The translations under genes were made by a program, and so were the position numbers. DNA of 64,000 bases, from NCBI GenBank assembly GCA_039810425.1, contig JBDHWW010000012.1, positions 1 to 64,000 of the forward strand, given 5' to 3'. Below, one piece after another: positions 63,977 to 64,000 of the stretch. The stretch comes from Pseudobdellovibrionaceae bacterium. GTDB lineage: Bacteria; Bdellovibrionota; Bdellovibrionia; Bdellovibrionales; Bdellovibrionaceae. The notes below the pieces were generated by a model. The model had not been told where the DNA came from. It saw only the letters and a program-made list of their open reading frames with translations, and ran no database searches. How positions within the stretch are numbered: the first letter of the stretch is position 1; every line of letters begins with the position of its first letter.

Positions 63977-64000
63977 GTTGATTATTTTTTGCAACAGCTC

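Overview
A 64 kb bacterial chromosome segment. The gene content suggests a Bdellovibrio-like predator (Bdellovibrionota); this is an inference. Core genes: TrmH-family methylase, acyl-CoA dehydrogenase, cinA, nrdJ, iscS/iscA, tyrS-rny-ygfA-zapA, ftsY, smc, ppdK, dimeric GlyRS, mrp, mltD and slt. Accessory blocks: (i) an AT-richer ~3 kb island (3.34-6.37 kb) marked by three copies of a palindromic motif, carrying an HTH-isochorismatase fusion and an HNH gene; (ii) a structured intergenic region (19.1-19.6 kb) with a candidate type I toxin-antitoxin-like pair (a 32-aa hydrophobic peptide whose SD is sequestered, and a sigma28-type antisense RNA) plus a second candidate sRNA; (iii) a 14 kb locus with three RND permeases, two TolC-like proteins, a beta-barrel and a triple-repeat lipoprotein, but no membrane-fusion protein; (iv) a stand-alone c-di-GMP-I riboswitch RNA; (v) a nirK-cytochrome c/NnrS/Crp-Fnr nitric-oxide cluster with FNR-type boxes; (vi) two GT-C glycosyltransferases co-oriented with lytic transglycosylases. 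Several proteins lack canonical catalytic or metal-binding motifs, most strikingly RNase Y. No rRNA, tRNA, CRISPR array or transposase was recognised. All calls were made by eye, without database searches.
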